Shown here one piece after another: positions 36,850-49,883 of a DNA stretch of 64,000 nt (its first letter is position 1; each line of letters opens with the position of its first letter). A program made the translations under genes and the position numbers. The DNA comes from Lobosporangium transversale (Eukaryota): contig NW_019028992.1 in NCBI RefSeq assembly GCF_002105155.1, positions 372,001-436,000 on the forward strand, written 5' to 3'. The notes beneath the pieces were generated by a model. It did not search any database. It saw only the letters and a list, made by a program, of their open reading frames with translations, and was not told where the DNA came from.

Positions 36850-37001
36850 CCTTTTACAGAATATAAAGAAATATAGCAAGGGACTTGAATACAGGACCAG
36901 CAAAAAAAATCAATCATCCACTAGACAATTACTGAAACCATTTTACAGAAAAGAAAAAAAGAAAAACGAATAGCGTAATAATATAATATTATAACATAAT
37001 A

Positions 37002-39288
37002 ATGAGCAACGGACACGGCAACTTCGAGCCGGGTGGAATGGCCATGATGAGTCCACCTGACCAGAATGCATTGCGCAACGAGCAATACCAGGAACATCAA
37101 CGCAAGCTTCAAGAGAAATATGAACTCCAGTACAAACAACAAATGGAGCTTGCACAAACAAGTACTCATCCACATGATCCAGCTCCAAATGAGGGCAACC
37201 AACCTTACTATACCTCTCAAGGACAGCTCGTCATTCCAACCCCTAGTTCATGTTATCAGGCAAGACCACAATATGGCCTTGCTGACTTTGAGCTTCTTGA
37301 AACGCTTGGTAAGATTTTTGGTTTTTGGGTGTTTGTTTAGCCAGGAGGATCAGTAAAAGTGGTGTTGGAAGGAAATGTGCTCCCCTCCCTCTTAATATCA
37401 TGTAATCCAACAGTTATTCAAAGCAGAAAAAAAAAAAAAAAAAAAAAAAAACTAGCAACAATAACAATAGCAGTGACAGAAGTAACAATAACTATAACAA
37501 TAGCAGCAACAGCAACAATAACAATAGCAATAACAAAACGACAGCAGACGACAGCAGACAACAGGCATCATCTCATTAAGGAAGTAGAGTTTTGACGGCC
37601 AACAAAAAAAAAAAAAAAAAAAAAAAAAAGAGTTACTCTCATCGAATACATGTGTGGTTGGGGCAAGTGAGCATATTTGCACCTAGAAAAAAAGAAAAAA
37701 AATTGGGACAGAAAATATAAAAGAGAGAGCCAGAAATGAGAGCCGTGCAGAGCAAGTCAGTGAGCATCTGCAAAGTGAGCAAATATTTAGAGCCAACAAC
37801 GTATCCACACCAATGGATAGGGGAAGGAGACATGTCATGGCATGTCATGGATGCAGCAACAGTGGTTTTTTATCGTAATATTTCTCCTCCTGCAGTCCTC
37901 GTCACAGAGTTCTATGTGGGAGAGTCTCTTTACGGCAGCTACTCTGTTGCTCATCTGGCGTCTAGATCCTTTACTCAGTACAGCAAATAATAAGAAAGAA
38001 AAAGAAGAAAAAGAGGGGACACAAATGGAGTCAAATGGAGTCAAATAGACAGGGATATCTCAGGAGAGATACACCACAACTTGCTTTTATTTTTAATGAC
38101 GATGACGCGTTGTGAGCAAGAGGCGTTTCGCCTCTAAACAATTGAAATTGTGTCGCCTCTCTTCTGACCTCCCCCCCGCTGCGCTGTGACATATAACCGC
38201 CCACTGATAAAGGATCGACAACCATGGATACACAAACCCATTACCAACACTATGATGGCATCCCTTTGCCTCCTCTTTTTTTTTTTTTTTTTTTTCCTCT
38301 TCAACATGGAATGTTTTTCAGACTAGATTCTATCGCCATCTGTTGTTTGTTACAATTCCAGGAGCGGAGACACAGAATTGATGGATGAGAGACAAATCCC
38401 GTCATTATCAACAATATCCAAAACCTTAAAAACAGCGTTTGGCAGACATATAAACACTGAAGGCTATTCTACTTTTTCTCATGACTTGTGGGGATACGAG
38501 GGTGAAACGATGTTAGTACAGTGCAAAGAGAGGGGGATGGAGAGGGTGTGTGTATTTGTGAGCTTGAAATACCAATGTGATATTGAACTTTTTTATGCAT
38601 TGTCATGATCGACTGCACTATCACAGTCAGCTCGGTCTGAGAAGGATAGTGTCTTTATTTTCAGGAAGAAGCTCATGCTTTTTGTTTCTTTTTTCTAATG
38701 ATTTAGGTACGGGAACGTTCGGACGTGTCTATTTGACAAAGTTCCGCCGTGAACCTTCATATTATGCAATGAAAGTACTTAAAAAAACCGAGGTTGTACG
38801 GCTTAAACAGGTCGAGCATATCAACTCCGAAAAGCAAATCCTTTCCCAAGTTGATTTTCCATTTATTGTCAATCTGTGAGTGAAAAAAAAGCCAATTTTA
38901 TTTTAATGGTTATGAATGGTCTTGTCTGCTGCTTCAGACACTAATCCGAGTCTGTTTCTATACCGTATGTTAGATTTACTACCTTCCAAGACGACCGGAA
39001 CCTCTATATGTTGCTCGAGTATGTCATTGGAGGAGAGCTTTTTTCACATCTGCGGAAGGCCGGAAGGTTTACAAACGACATGACGCGCTTCTATGCAGCC
39101 GAAATTGTTCTTGCAATCGAGTATCTACATTCAAGGGATATCATCTATCGTGACTTGAAGCCGGAAAATCTTCTTCTTGATTCCAAAGGGCACATCAAAA
39201 TTACAGACTTTGGATTTGCAAAGAGAGTTGAAGACAGGTACGTAATTGTTTTAAACCGTTTTTTAACGGCAAGTACATTGCCTCCACC

Positions 39289-39323
<35 letters not shown>

Positions 39324-40013
39324 CTTTTTCATCTTTTTCAATTACTATTTTGTTTCTCATCTCAATTTTGATTCTTTTTTTGCGTGGTTTAGAACATGGA
39401 CACTGTGTGGAACACCAGAGTACTTGGCGCCTGAAATTATTCAATCAAAAGGACATGGAAAGCCTGTAGACTGGTGGGCATTAGGCATTTTGATCTTTGA
39501 GATGTTAGCAGGATATCCACCATTCTTTGATGACAATCCATTTGGTATCTATGAAAAGATCCTGGCAGGCCGCATCTACTTCCCTTCACATATTGACCCC
39601 CAGGCAAAGGACTTGATCAAGAGACTTCTCACTGCAGACCGGACAAGACGACTAGGCAACTTGAAGGTAAATCTAAAGGTTTTTTTATTTTTTTTATTTT
39701 TTTTTTTATTGGCTTTTTGTTCTCTCGATTCCATTTGTCACGACTCGGTTTCATTTTGTTTCTAATTCTTTATCTTATTTTCTGTTTAATGATTACGATT
39801 TTATTCTTTTAGGATGGATCAAATGATATCAGGAATCATAAGTGGTTCCGTGGAGTCGACTGGCAAGGTCTGTTAAACAGGACTGTGAAAGCACCTATTG
39901 AGCCACCATTTGTTCATCCTGGCGATACAGGCAATTTTGAAAAGTATCCCGAGGTGACAGACGAAGATACGGCCGATGGCGACCCCTACCGGTCACTGTT
40001 TGCCAACTTTTGA
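37002..40013 (+). CDS. cAMP-dependent protein kinase catalytic subunit (PKA-C)
   Basis: Exons 37002-37308, 38707-38875, 38974-39237, 39393-39666, 39813-40013. [64 protein letters not shown] and terminal FxxF motif (FANF*). Confidence 0.95.
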
Positions 40014-42017
40014 TATGATGCCGGAAAGATTAGCAACCAAAGCAGCATACCTCATCAATACCATTCTCCCGATAGTCAGCCAACGTCATCAGAGCAGGCA
40101 TTTCAGTCTTTTGAAGCACAAGAGCAGCAATCTCAATATCAACATCATCAATGTCCTCACAATTATCATCAACAAGAAAAGCATTTTAACTTACAGCAAC
40201 AACAACAACAACAACAACAACAACAGCAGCAGCAGCAGCAGTCATTCCATTCTCATATGGACCAGCACCCGAATCATAATCAGTCTTCTTTCGATCAAGG
40301 TTATGCTAGTCCATTTTCTGGACGAAGCCATAGCAAGAGATCGCGAATGGAGGCGGATGATGAGAGTATGACGGGTGTGAGCAATTCATCTGCTTCATAC
40401 CAAGATGATCAAAGGATAGGCCCATGGGATAGCGTACCAGAGTCGGGATTCGATCGAGACACAGCGTTGACTTCGACCTTTATTCGATCAAGCCCTGTCG
40501 ATTTGTTCCAAGGACCTGGCCCCAAAAGACATAAAGGGGAATGGGAAGGCGATTGGCCTATGTCCGGAGTCGATGGTGCAGGGAGTCCGATGGAGATGAC
40601 GTGAACAATGTAAAGCTTGGATAAGGTCGAGTTTCTGGAATTTATTTGCCTTTCACACTCCAACATTGGGCCTTCCTCATTGCTGCGTTGCCTTTTTTTT
40701 TTTTTTCTTTTCTTTTCTTTTCTTTTCCTTGCTGTTTATTTTATCTTTTTTTATTTTTTTTTTTATGCCAATCATTTTGATTGCCATCTTGCTTCCATTG
40801 TTTTTCATTTATATCCGTTTCGCTTTGTTTTGTTTTGTTCAGATCATTTTCGTTTATCCCGTTTTGCCTCTTGTGTCTCTCTGTCTCCACATGCTGCTGC
40901 TAGTCTTTCCGACATCCATCCTCCCATGGTTCCTTGCACGATTTCAAATGGATGTAGAATCATATTTTTTTCTTTCTTTACTTTTCTTTAGCATTTTCTA
41001 TTTTTATTTTTATTTTTTTTGTTGATTATTGTTATTTCTTTCATGTTTTTAGCTTATTTTCTTTCTTTATCCGCGTTGCTCAAGTTTCTTTTGTTTTCTA
41101 TTATTATTATTGCTATAGTTATTATTATTATTATGATCGCTATTATTATTAAAGGTAAAAAAAAAAAAAAAAAAAAAACTGAAGTTGAGAAGGTTGAGAA
41201 AACAAATTCCCAGAAAGCTTGTCTCTCGTTCACGTGTGTTCTCTGTGCACACAAATTTTGAGGGGGGGGAGGAACGGGATGACTGTGATCGAAATTGAAT
41301 ATTTGATATTCCATGAGCATCTATTTACAACGCAGTAAGGAGAGAGAGAGAGGAGGGAAGGAAGCCCTTGATAAATTTGATAACGGTCATTTCTGACATT
41401 AAAAAGCATCACATTAACATGCAAGAGTAGAAGGGTGTAAACAAGGATAAAAGAAAGGAAGGAAAGAAAAAAAAAAAAAAAAAAAAAACCCCTGGACGAA
41501 ATCATTACTGTCATACCTGTTTCATCAAAGAGGTTTTTACTTCGATTAATTAAATTATTGTTATTATTGTTTCAACAGCAAAGCGCGTGCTTACAGCTGG
41601 TGGCTAAATAAATAAATATAAAAAAAATAAAAAAAAAAAAATCGACATTGGTCCTTTGTCTGCGTAATGGGGTTGTGTCATATTCAAACATGAAATGTCC
41701 CGAACCCTTGGTTGAACAAGTTGTATACAAGTATTTAATTTTTTCCGGTGAATTATGGAATTGCGTATGGACGAATATTTCTCTTTTTATTTATGCTGAC
41801 AAGAAAGGTTGGGTGATAATTAATGACTATTAGGATAAAAATAATGCTGCTAAAAAGAAATGGGGTTTAAAACTATTATAGTGTACAGACAGACTTCAAG
41901 GAAAAACAATAAAAGCACATGCGGATAAAGAAAGAGTAACATTAAAAGTATTAATAATAATATATAATAATACAAATTAAAGAAAAGAAAAAAAAAAAAA
42001 AAAAAAAAAACCAGCAA

Positions 42018-43526
42018 TTAAATCCATTCCCATGTAGCGTTGGCGCGGTTAAAGCGAGCGACGCGCTGATCGCACTCAGGGCACCAATGAATACAGTCTT
42101 TGGTTTCCTCATGACCCTTGCGGAATGGCAAATACGACAATGTTCCGAGGGTTAGGAACAATAAACCAAACGCAACCAAGTAAGACATCACTCCAGGTAC
42201 AAACTGAATATGTGACACCACCTTGTTCGCGCCACAATGAGGGCAGTTGAACTTTGAAGGTCGATCTCGAAACAAGGAATGGATCGCTCCAGATTGCCGA
42301 AGCCATTCCTCCCGCCACCGATCCTGCTGTTCCTCGAGAGGAGAGCGAGGTGATGGTTGTGTAGGAAGTGATTGCGAGGGGCCATTGCTGAATTCACCTC
42401 CTTCCTGTCCAGATTGATAGTCGAACAGATGACCATTTTCTAGACCTTGGGACACAGCCATTGAAGGCGATGTATCCAACGATGACATGGAAAGGGATGG
42501 CTTCTCGCCTAGGAGGGAGGATTGTAATGAGCCCGACGAGGGCAATCTCGAACTCGGCGAAGAATGCCTACGGATCCCTTGGCCGAGGTTGCTAGCAGCT
42601 TCCGCTTTGGAAGACGCCACCTTGGACTTTTTTGATAACGAGGTGGCCTTGAATAACACGCTCAATCGCTTTTTTTTGCTTGGAACGGATGAAGGTGGTG
42701 TAATGTCTCTTGCATCTGCACGTTGAGGAGACGAAGGGAATGAAGGGGACGATGATGAGGACGAGGCAGGTGAAGCTGCAGAAAACGAGGAGGTCGCAGC
42801 AGTAGTGGCAGCAGCGGCAGCAGCAGCAGGAGCAGTTGTACGGGTAGAGGTCATTGTTGAGCGCATCATTTGTGCCTTGTACTGATCAAATTTGCTCAAA
42901 GTTGCGGGAGGATTTTGCTGACCAAAGGCGTGAGCAGCAGGATGGTTATGACGAAGGGAATGAGACTGAGGATGGTGCTGGTCGGGTATGAAGATCGTCA
43001 AGGATGGATGTCCATATTTGTATCCATCTGCATCTGCATCAGTATCTACAAATGGAGAAGGAGAAAGGGACGGCGACGACGATCCAGCAACAAGGTCGTG
43101 AGCGCTAGTATTACGACTATCTTCTCTGCTTTCACGTCGACTTGCTTGGTTGCTGTGAGAGTTGTACGACAATGGTTCTGGTACATTGCTGTAGTCGATC
43201 AGAAAAGGGTTCTGTTGTTCATGCGATCGTCGCTCTCGAAGAGAAGGTCCAACTGGAAATCGATCATAATCCCACATAGGTATGAACAGACCTGGCGGTG
43301 ACATGGGTGTGGACGTTGAGGAGGAGGTAGAAACAGCTGTGGCGGTGGTGGTAGACAGAGGTTGCTGTTTCTGCTGCTGTTGCTGTTGCTGTTGCTTTAG
43401 CAGTCGCTCCCCATGTTTTACGCCGATGGCTGCACCATTCTTTTTGACTGTAGAGGTGGAGGAAATGAAGGATGTGTGTGAGGTCGTTGTATCTAACGGC
43501 TGGGCGGCAAAAGTTGAGACAGTCAT
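42018..43526 (-). CDS. LITAF-like zinc-ribbon domain protein with long disordered N-terminus
   Basis: Single 502-aa ORF. C-terminal CPHC, hydrophobic stretch, then KDCIHWCPEC, the LITAF arrangement. Confidence 0.8.
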   Translation of the reverse strand: MTVSTFAAQPLDTTTSHTSFISSTSTVKKNGAAIGVKHGERLLKQQQQQQQQKQQPLSTTTATAVSTSSSTSTPMSPPGLFIPMWDYDRFPVGPSLRERRSHEQQNPFLIDYSNVPEPLSYNSHSNQASRRESREDSRNTSAHDLVAGSSSPSLSPSPFVDTDADADGYKYGHPSLTIFIPDQHHPQSHSLRHNHPAAHAFGQQNPPATLSKFDQYKAQMMRSTMTSTRTTAPAAAAAAATTAATSSFSAASPASSSSSSPSFPSSPQRADARDITPPSSVPSKKKRLSVLFKATSLSKKSKVASSKAEAASNLGQGIRRHSSPSSRLPSSGSLQSSLLGEKPSLSMSSLDTSPSMAVSQGLENGHLFDYQSGQEGGEFSNGPSQSLPTQPSPRSPLEEQQDRWREEWLRQSGAIHSLFRDRPSKFNCPHCGANKVVSHIQFVPGVMSYLVAFGLLFLTLGTLSYLPFRKGHEETKDCIHWCPECDQRVARFNRANATWEWI

Positions 43527-43880
43527 TGGGAAGGAATGGTTGGATTATCTTTGTATGAATGGAATAAAGAAAAAAAATAAAAAAAAATAAAATAAATAAA
43601 AAAAGATCTTTTTAACTGGACAGAGCTTTCAGGGAAATAAATGTTCTTTGTGTGGCTGTCTGAAAAAAGAGGAGAGTGTGCAGTTGTTGCTTGTGAATTC
43701 TTTGTTAGAGAAAGGGAGTGATGTCTAAAAAAAAAAAAAAGAAAGGAAAGAGCATAAGGAAGAGAACGAAGGAACAGAGAGCGTGAAGGATAGAGAATAA
43801 GTTCATTAAGATGCGTATTTACGTTTTTTTTTTTCTTATTTCTCGAAGCCCAGTAACATAAAAAAAAAAGAAAAGGAAAG

Positions 43881-43912
<32 letters not shown>

Positions 43913-45860
43913 GAGGGAGAGATGAAGCAAGAAGGATGGGACAAGAGTGTCCTTTTATATCCATTTTTATTTTTTTTGTTTATTTATTTGTGTTAGGTTT
44001 AGACTACAGTGACAGGGTGAATGTGATGCGTTCAAGTTCAACCTGGTGAAGTAAAAGGGTGCATGCGCATGAGGAACAACAGTAAATGCGTGTGTAAAAT
44101 GTACATGTACACCATTCTGTCTTTTAAAAAAATTTGCCAGAAGGGCCAAAACAGCGAAAGAGAGCCATGTGCTGCCAAAGGTTAAGTTTAAAAATCTGTC
44201 CCCCAATGCACTTTCTTTTATTTACAAGTAGCCGAATACATCTTCCTGCCTGGACCAGAAAAGTAGGACAACCAGAACTAGGTGGTTGCCATCCACAAGG
44301 GGGGCGGGTGTATATGGAAGATATGATATAGGAGCAAAGAAAAGTATATCCCGGGTTTAGTTCCGGTCATGATGCTCTACAAGGAAAACTGAGCCGAACG
44401 TCCCACATTTATACTTACTATATGTAACAGTAAAAAGTAAAGAAGGTCCTTCATTGATACACCGACTTCAGTGCTCTGTGCTCAAATGGAATCTAAATTA
44501 TCAGAAAATGACTTTGCCGTAATGGTTCTGTCTTATCTTTATACGTCTGAATAAGAATGTTGCTGAGGAAAAGGATTTTTTTTGATACGTGCATGTTTGC
44601 ATTGTAGGCATAAGGTGGTATATGTGTGTTATAGTTCTAGATGCTTATGAATAAAACAAAATAAAAAAACTCCTCAACTGTTGACGTGACAGAAAAGAGG
44701 GGGGATCTGAACAAGGACATGAGTAACAAACTTAATGTTTTTGAGGAAGATCCTTTCACAGTGACAGTAACAACAACAAGTGGACATGTCTAATGATGCC
44801 AACGATCTAGTCCATTCCTCCTTCATTTTTACACATGCCCAATGTTTTGTTTTTCTCTGTTTTTTAAGGAAGCAGGGTCAAAGAATGACTCGAATGTACC
44901 TCAATCTTTTTTAAACAGTAAGTGACGGGATAAAAAAAAAGGATGAAGTCTGAATCAAGCTTAAGTAAAGATAGGGGGACCAGGGGAACAACGTGAGAAA
45001 GACATTGAAGGGCAGATTTCCATGTGGAGTTTAGCATTTTGGCAGAAAGATCCGTTTGGAATGATGCCCAAATACAGATACGATCTTCAACTCAATGTCC
45101 GCACATGGTTCGGATTCAGAATGTATATACATTTGTGACATGATGCGTATGACAGGGCGTACAAATGTGTGTTTGTAAATCATTTTGACCCATGTCGAAA
45201 CAACTTTGGCTCTCAATTCGATTTGTAGCCCTGGGAGGAAAATATTTTATCTTCTTTTGGTGGGGGTCCGTAGATCGTACATTACATCTTTCCCTTCAAG
45301 ACATCAAGCAAGACAAGACAGAAGACAAACACTATTGTCGGGACTTTTTTTTTATATTTATTTTCTTAATTCATATATATTTCATACTACACTTGAATTA
45401 CGGCTATTTCTGTCTCATCTTCTTCCTCTCTTCCGTATCTCCTCAAAGGATACAGGTGCAGGGTAGCTGCAGGAGCTTAAAAGAGAATGGGGTAAAAAAA
45501 AAAAGATAAAAAAAGGAGGCAAAAGGATTTGAAATGTCTGAAAATATCTATCCAAGGACATTTTCTTCCAGTCATTTTGCTCCAACCGTGTTTTTTTTTT
45601 TTTTTTTTTTTTTTTTTGTGCAGCCTCTCTCCTTTCTCTCTTCAACTGTGTCAAATATATCAAAATTATTCCAACATCTATTCCCGCCACCCTTACTCAA
45701 CCATGGGTATTCACAGGAATTTTACTCCCATTCGACCGTTGTGGATATATCCGGCATTTGACGAACGCACATTGTGTTGTGCATGCATGCTGGTGCATGC
45801 ATTCATTCCTAAATTCCCCAAAAAAAGATCAAAGCGGATCGGGAACTAAGTTCATATAAC

Positions 45861-45908
<48 letters not shown>

Positions 45909-46077
45909 AGTGAAGTCAGTCAATTCCCATTGAACCAATTGGGTATATATACGTATATATGTGCACTACACAGGCAAAAGACATTTACTTCAATTACTAA
46001 AACGCGTAGCGCAATTTCTTCACGGGGACTAAAAGTCTTTTTCACACTGGAAGAAACACACGGGATGTTTTCATCGG

Positions 46078-46113
<36 letters not shown>

Positions 46114-46280
46114 GCTAACAAATCACACTAGGACATTTGACATGTTGTGGTATGCTAATCCCTGTCGTCCCTGTTCATAAGATGATAACAAACAAAACAA
46201 AAACAGGATAGTCATAAGCCTCGAGCATGATACTAATTTAGTAGTATATTTCAACCATGCGGGTACAATTCACGAGGGGG

Positions 46281-46311
<31 letters not shown>

Positions 46312-46637
46312 TTGATAGCCCAGGTACTAGCGAGTACAATAGTAAGATCTAGCTTTCTCTGTCTACACTAAAGAGACATCATGAAACCTACTCGATTAGA
46401 AATATGTATATGGGCGTGGAATGAAACGAGACTTTTTAGTGGCAGCAGATTAAACGATTTGATACCCATCACTGCGCGACACCGTTTCAAGACCCTGTGC
46501 ATCCTATTGATGTCTAAACATAAAGTAACAACAGGTATTCTATACAAAAGAAAAACGATTTAACAAAAGAAAGTGCTTTATTTTGATGGCATAATTAATA
46601 TTGATGATGCGCTCCTTTTTTTATATATATTTTTGAT

Positions 46638-47460
46638 CTAGTTCTTGACGCCCTGGATACCATTAGAGGAAAGAAAGAAAAAGTTAATAAAAATAAAAAA
46701 AAAGAAACGCAAAACACACCCTTTTAAAAACGTTGTTAAATCAATCTTCAAATAATCCATTACCCTGGCCATCTTAGTGGCACCATACAGGCTTCCAATA
46801 AGACCAACGCCTGCGAGGCAAACGAAACCGGCCATGATGAACTTGTCACCACCCTTTCTAAGATAGATGGGAGTGTGGGAAGGGGTCTAAAAACAAAAAA
46901 GATGAATTTTAGCTTGATGAAATTCAAGGACATTTGCGCGTATATGGTGTCTTTCATTGGATTATCGCCTTTCTTTATTGCTCATGAGTGGTGTTGATCC
47001 ATATCCATTTGTAGCGTAGCCCCTTGCGTTCAACAGACAAATGACGTATTTTCGACCAATTGGTGACAAATAGGTCCAACTAGCCGAATGGTTTGTATTT
47101 TGTTGATCTTTTAATAGATCAGATCATCCTGTGATAACGCGCTCCACTCCAGACTTCTAACAGCAGGAAAGCGTCCATAGTTTTTTTTTTTTTTTTTTTT
47201 TTTTCTCCTTCTTTTCAATTGCTTCTAATTGAGTATATGAAGTCTTTTCCTTATGCATCATAATATCATTTTTCTATCGCCAAAGGGAATAATTGGTCCA
47301 CGATCAAAATTCCACTGTTGCTTTGAAGAACTTTTGTAGATGCTGATTTCAACTTTATGAGAAGATTCAGTGTCGCATTGATGGGATCCTTTGCCATAAA
47401 TAGTACCTGGTAGAGGCGTTGGAGATGAGGAACGGGATTGGGGCGGTTGATGAGCGACAT
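46638..47460 (-). CDS. COX7: Cytochrome c oxidase subunit VII
   Basis: Exons 47460-47407, 46886-46764, 46652-46638 give 63 aa: MSLINRPNPVPHLQRLYQTPSHTPIYLRKGGDKFIMAGFVCLAGVGLIGSLYGATKMARGVKN (N.V..LQ..YQ...P.Y motif plus one TM). Confidence 0.8.
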
Positions 47461-47699
47461 GGTCACAGTTGTTGTTGTTGTTGTTATTGATGATGTGATT
47501 AAGAGGATGATTCGTTCCTTTTGATCCACTTATTCAAACAAGGACGGAAGGAAAAAGTAGGATTTCACGTGATTATCGGAAGCTTAAGAGCTACGTGTGT
47601 CAAAAAGTGTACGTGAAATAAGAAATTATTCGTTTTGTGTATTGGCTGAGCTTTGCTTTTTTCGTCCTTCTCTCTTGCCTCGATAATTCGATTCTTCCG

Positions 47700-49209
47700 A
47701 TGACGAAAGGTGCGCAGAGAGAGATAAAAAGGCGACATAAATCTACTTAAACAGGACATCCATCGATCAACTATATCAGCTATACCCACTCTATCCCATC
47801 GACGATGATAATTCTCATCATAAATGGATCTGTACGAAAAAATAAAAAAAAAAAATAAACATCCATACAACCTATCTAGGCGGAGTAAATCTATGTAGTA
47901 ATAGTCGGCACAAAGAGAAAAAGACAAAGGATCGCATCTGTGTGGTAATGAAGTAGGGAACAGGAGAAAAGGACTAAGAAGTAGGAATGAGAACTTTGTC
48001 ATCAACCCGCCTATTCACATAAGCCTTAAGAAAGAAGGATTACAGGAGGGAAGCCAGACAACCATTCCTACTTGACTATGGGAATCAGGATGTGGGACTT
48101 CGTCCTCAAACCTGGGATAGTGATTACCAACAGTGAGAACCAACTTTTTTTTTTTTATTTTATTTTATTCCTCGGGAAATATCGTCCTTTTTATAAATGG
48201 AATACTATGCTGGATCGCGTGTGACTGGAGAGAACACCTGTTACGAGCTACAACTATTCAAATGACAGAGTCGACTGACAGCAAGCTTATTTGTTTGGTA
48301 AACGTTGTCATAATTGACAATTATTGTAGCCACTCCTTCAGACAAGAACAAGGCTCTCGCCGCCAAGAAGGCTGCCTTGAAGGGCGTGAACGGTCAGAAG
48401 GCTCGTAAGATTCGCACTTCGACCACCTTTAACCGCCCCAAGACCCTCAAACTTGATCGCAAGCCCAAGTATGTCCGCAAGTCTGTTCCTCACGCTCCTC
48501 GTTTGGACCAGTACAAGGTCTTGAAGGCTCCTCTTAATACCGAGTCGGCAATGAAGAAGATTGAAGAGAATAACACACTCGTCTTCCTCGTTGATGTCAA
48601 GGCCAACAAGCGTCAAATCAAGGAATCCTTGAAGAAGATGTATGATGTTACCGCCCTCAAGGTCAACACTCTTATCCGGTATGTAAATATGATCACTCTT
48701 TTTGAGGTTTTTATTTATTTATTTATTCTTACAGGATCTGGATCCTCAGAACGGTTAAGAAGGCGATACAGCATTTTTTGGAGAGGGAAAAAAAAAAAAA
48801 AAAAAAAAAAAAAAAGTGATGGACCGGGAATGATATTGTCATGAAAGCATATTGATGGAGAGCATTTTATACAACAGAACAAGTGAAGGCGTCAGAAGAC
48901 AATTGAGGGGTCAGAGATCTTTTTATTTATTTTTGAGCAAGCTGGGTAGATGGGGAGCATTTAGTTCAGGAATGTTGGATAGAATGGATGAATAGCAGTG
49001 TTAACAGTGCAAAGACGTCAAGTTTTTAAAAATTAGGAGTTGTGTAATATGGGCTTTCAATCTATCGTAACTAGCTTGAGAAAAAAATCAGCTAATTGAT
49101 CAATATTTTTTTTTTTTTTTCTAGCCCTGATGGTAACAAGAAGGCTTACATCAAGCTTACTGCCGATGTCGATGCTCTCGATGTTGCCAACAAGATTGGC
49201 TTCATTTAA
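47700..49209 (+). CDS. RPL25: 60S ribosomal protein L25 (uL23 / L23a)
   Basis: Exons 47700-47709 (inferred), 48330-48678, 49125-49209. [63 protein letters not shown]. Confidence 0.95.
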
Positions 49210-49883
49210 ACGCCTCTTCCATTTTTTTTTTTAAAAAAAAAAAATAAACAAATAGATAGCGCAGGTGTATAATTCTATATTCAAAATCATGGCGTATGAT
49301 TGTTATGTTATTTTCTTTTAAAAAAGAAAAGGAGAGTCTGTTGCAGAAGATAAGCCTTGGGCGTCGATACTGGTTATACTTCATTAGCGGTTATTATTCA
49401 AAAGGAGGGATATTAAAGCATGATCATGCATTATCTTTGTAACGAAGCATGGTGTCTGTGATCCAATCTTAAGCAACCTGAAATAATTTATTCCATGAAT
49501 GTTATGCACCGAGTGTAATTCGTGTAATTCGTGCCATCTGCGTGGAAAGTAAATCCAATTCCATCCCTGTGTCACCTCTGCGATCTGTTGGCTAGTCCCT
49601 CTTTTCTGCTCTGAACCGCAATCTCTCTCTCTCTCTCTATTTCTCTCTCATATTTTACGCTTGATTCTTCATCCTGAAAGAATTCATCCTCATTAGCATC
49701 TCTCTCTCTCTTTCTTCTTCATTTCTTGTCATCACACCCCTTCTCCTCCTCTCCCTTTTTATATATTCTTATTCCTCTTATTCATTTCCTTTCCCCTTTT
49801 TTTTTTTTTTTTTTTTTTCTTCTTCTTCTTCTCAAGATATCAATTGTACCTCACAACTAACATCATAGTTTGTAACTCGTCCA

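Noticed and set aside
39976..40371. 131-aa ORF with poly-N/poly-S overlapping the PKA end
   Set aside because: Alternative-frame reading of the CAA/CAG repeat; the PKA frame is longer and more protein-like.
46887..47406. Intronic snoRNA in the COX7 intron (also checked RPS17 and RPL25 introns)
   Set aside because: A possible hairpin exists, but I could not identify convincing C/D or H/ACA box pairs with rRNA complementarity by eye.
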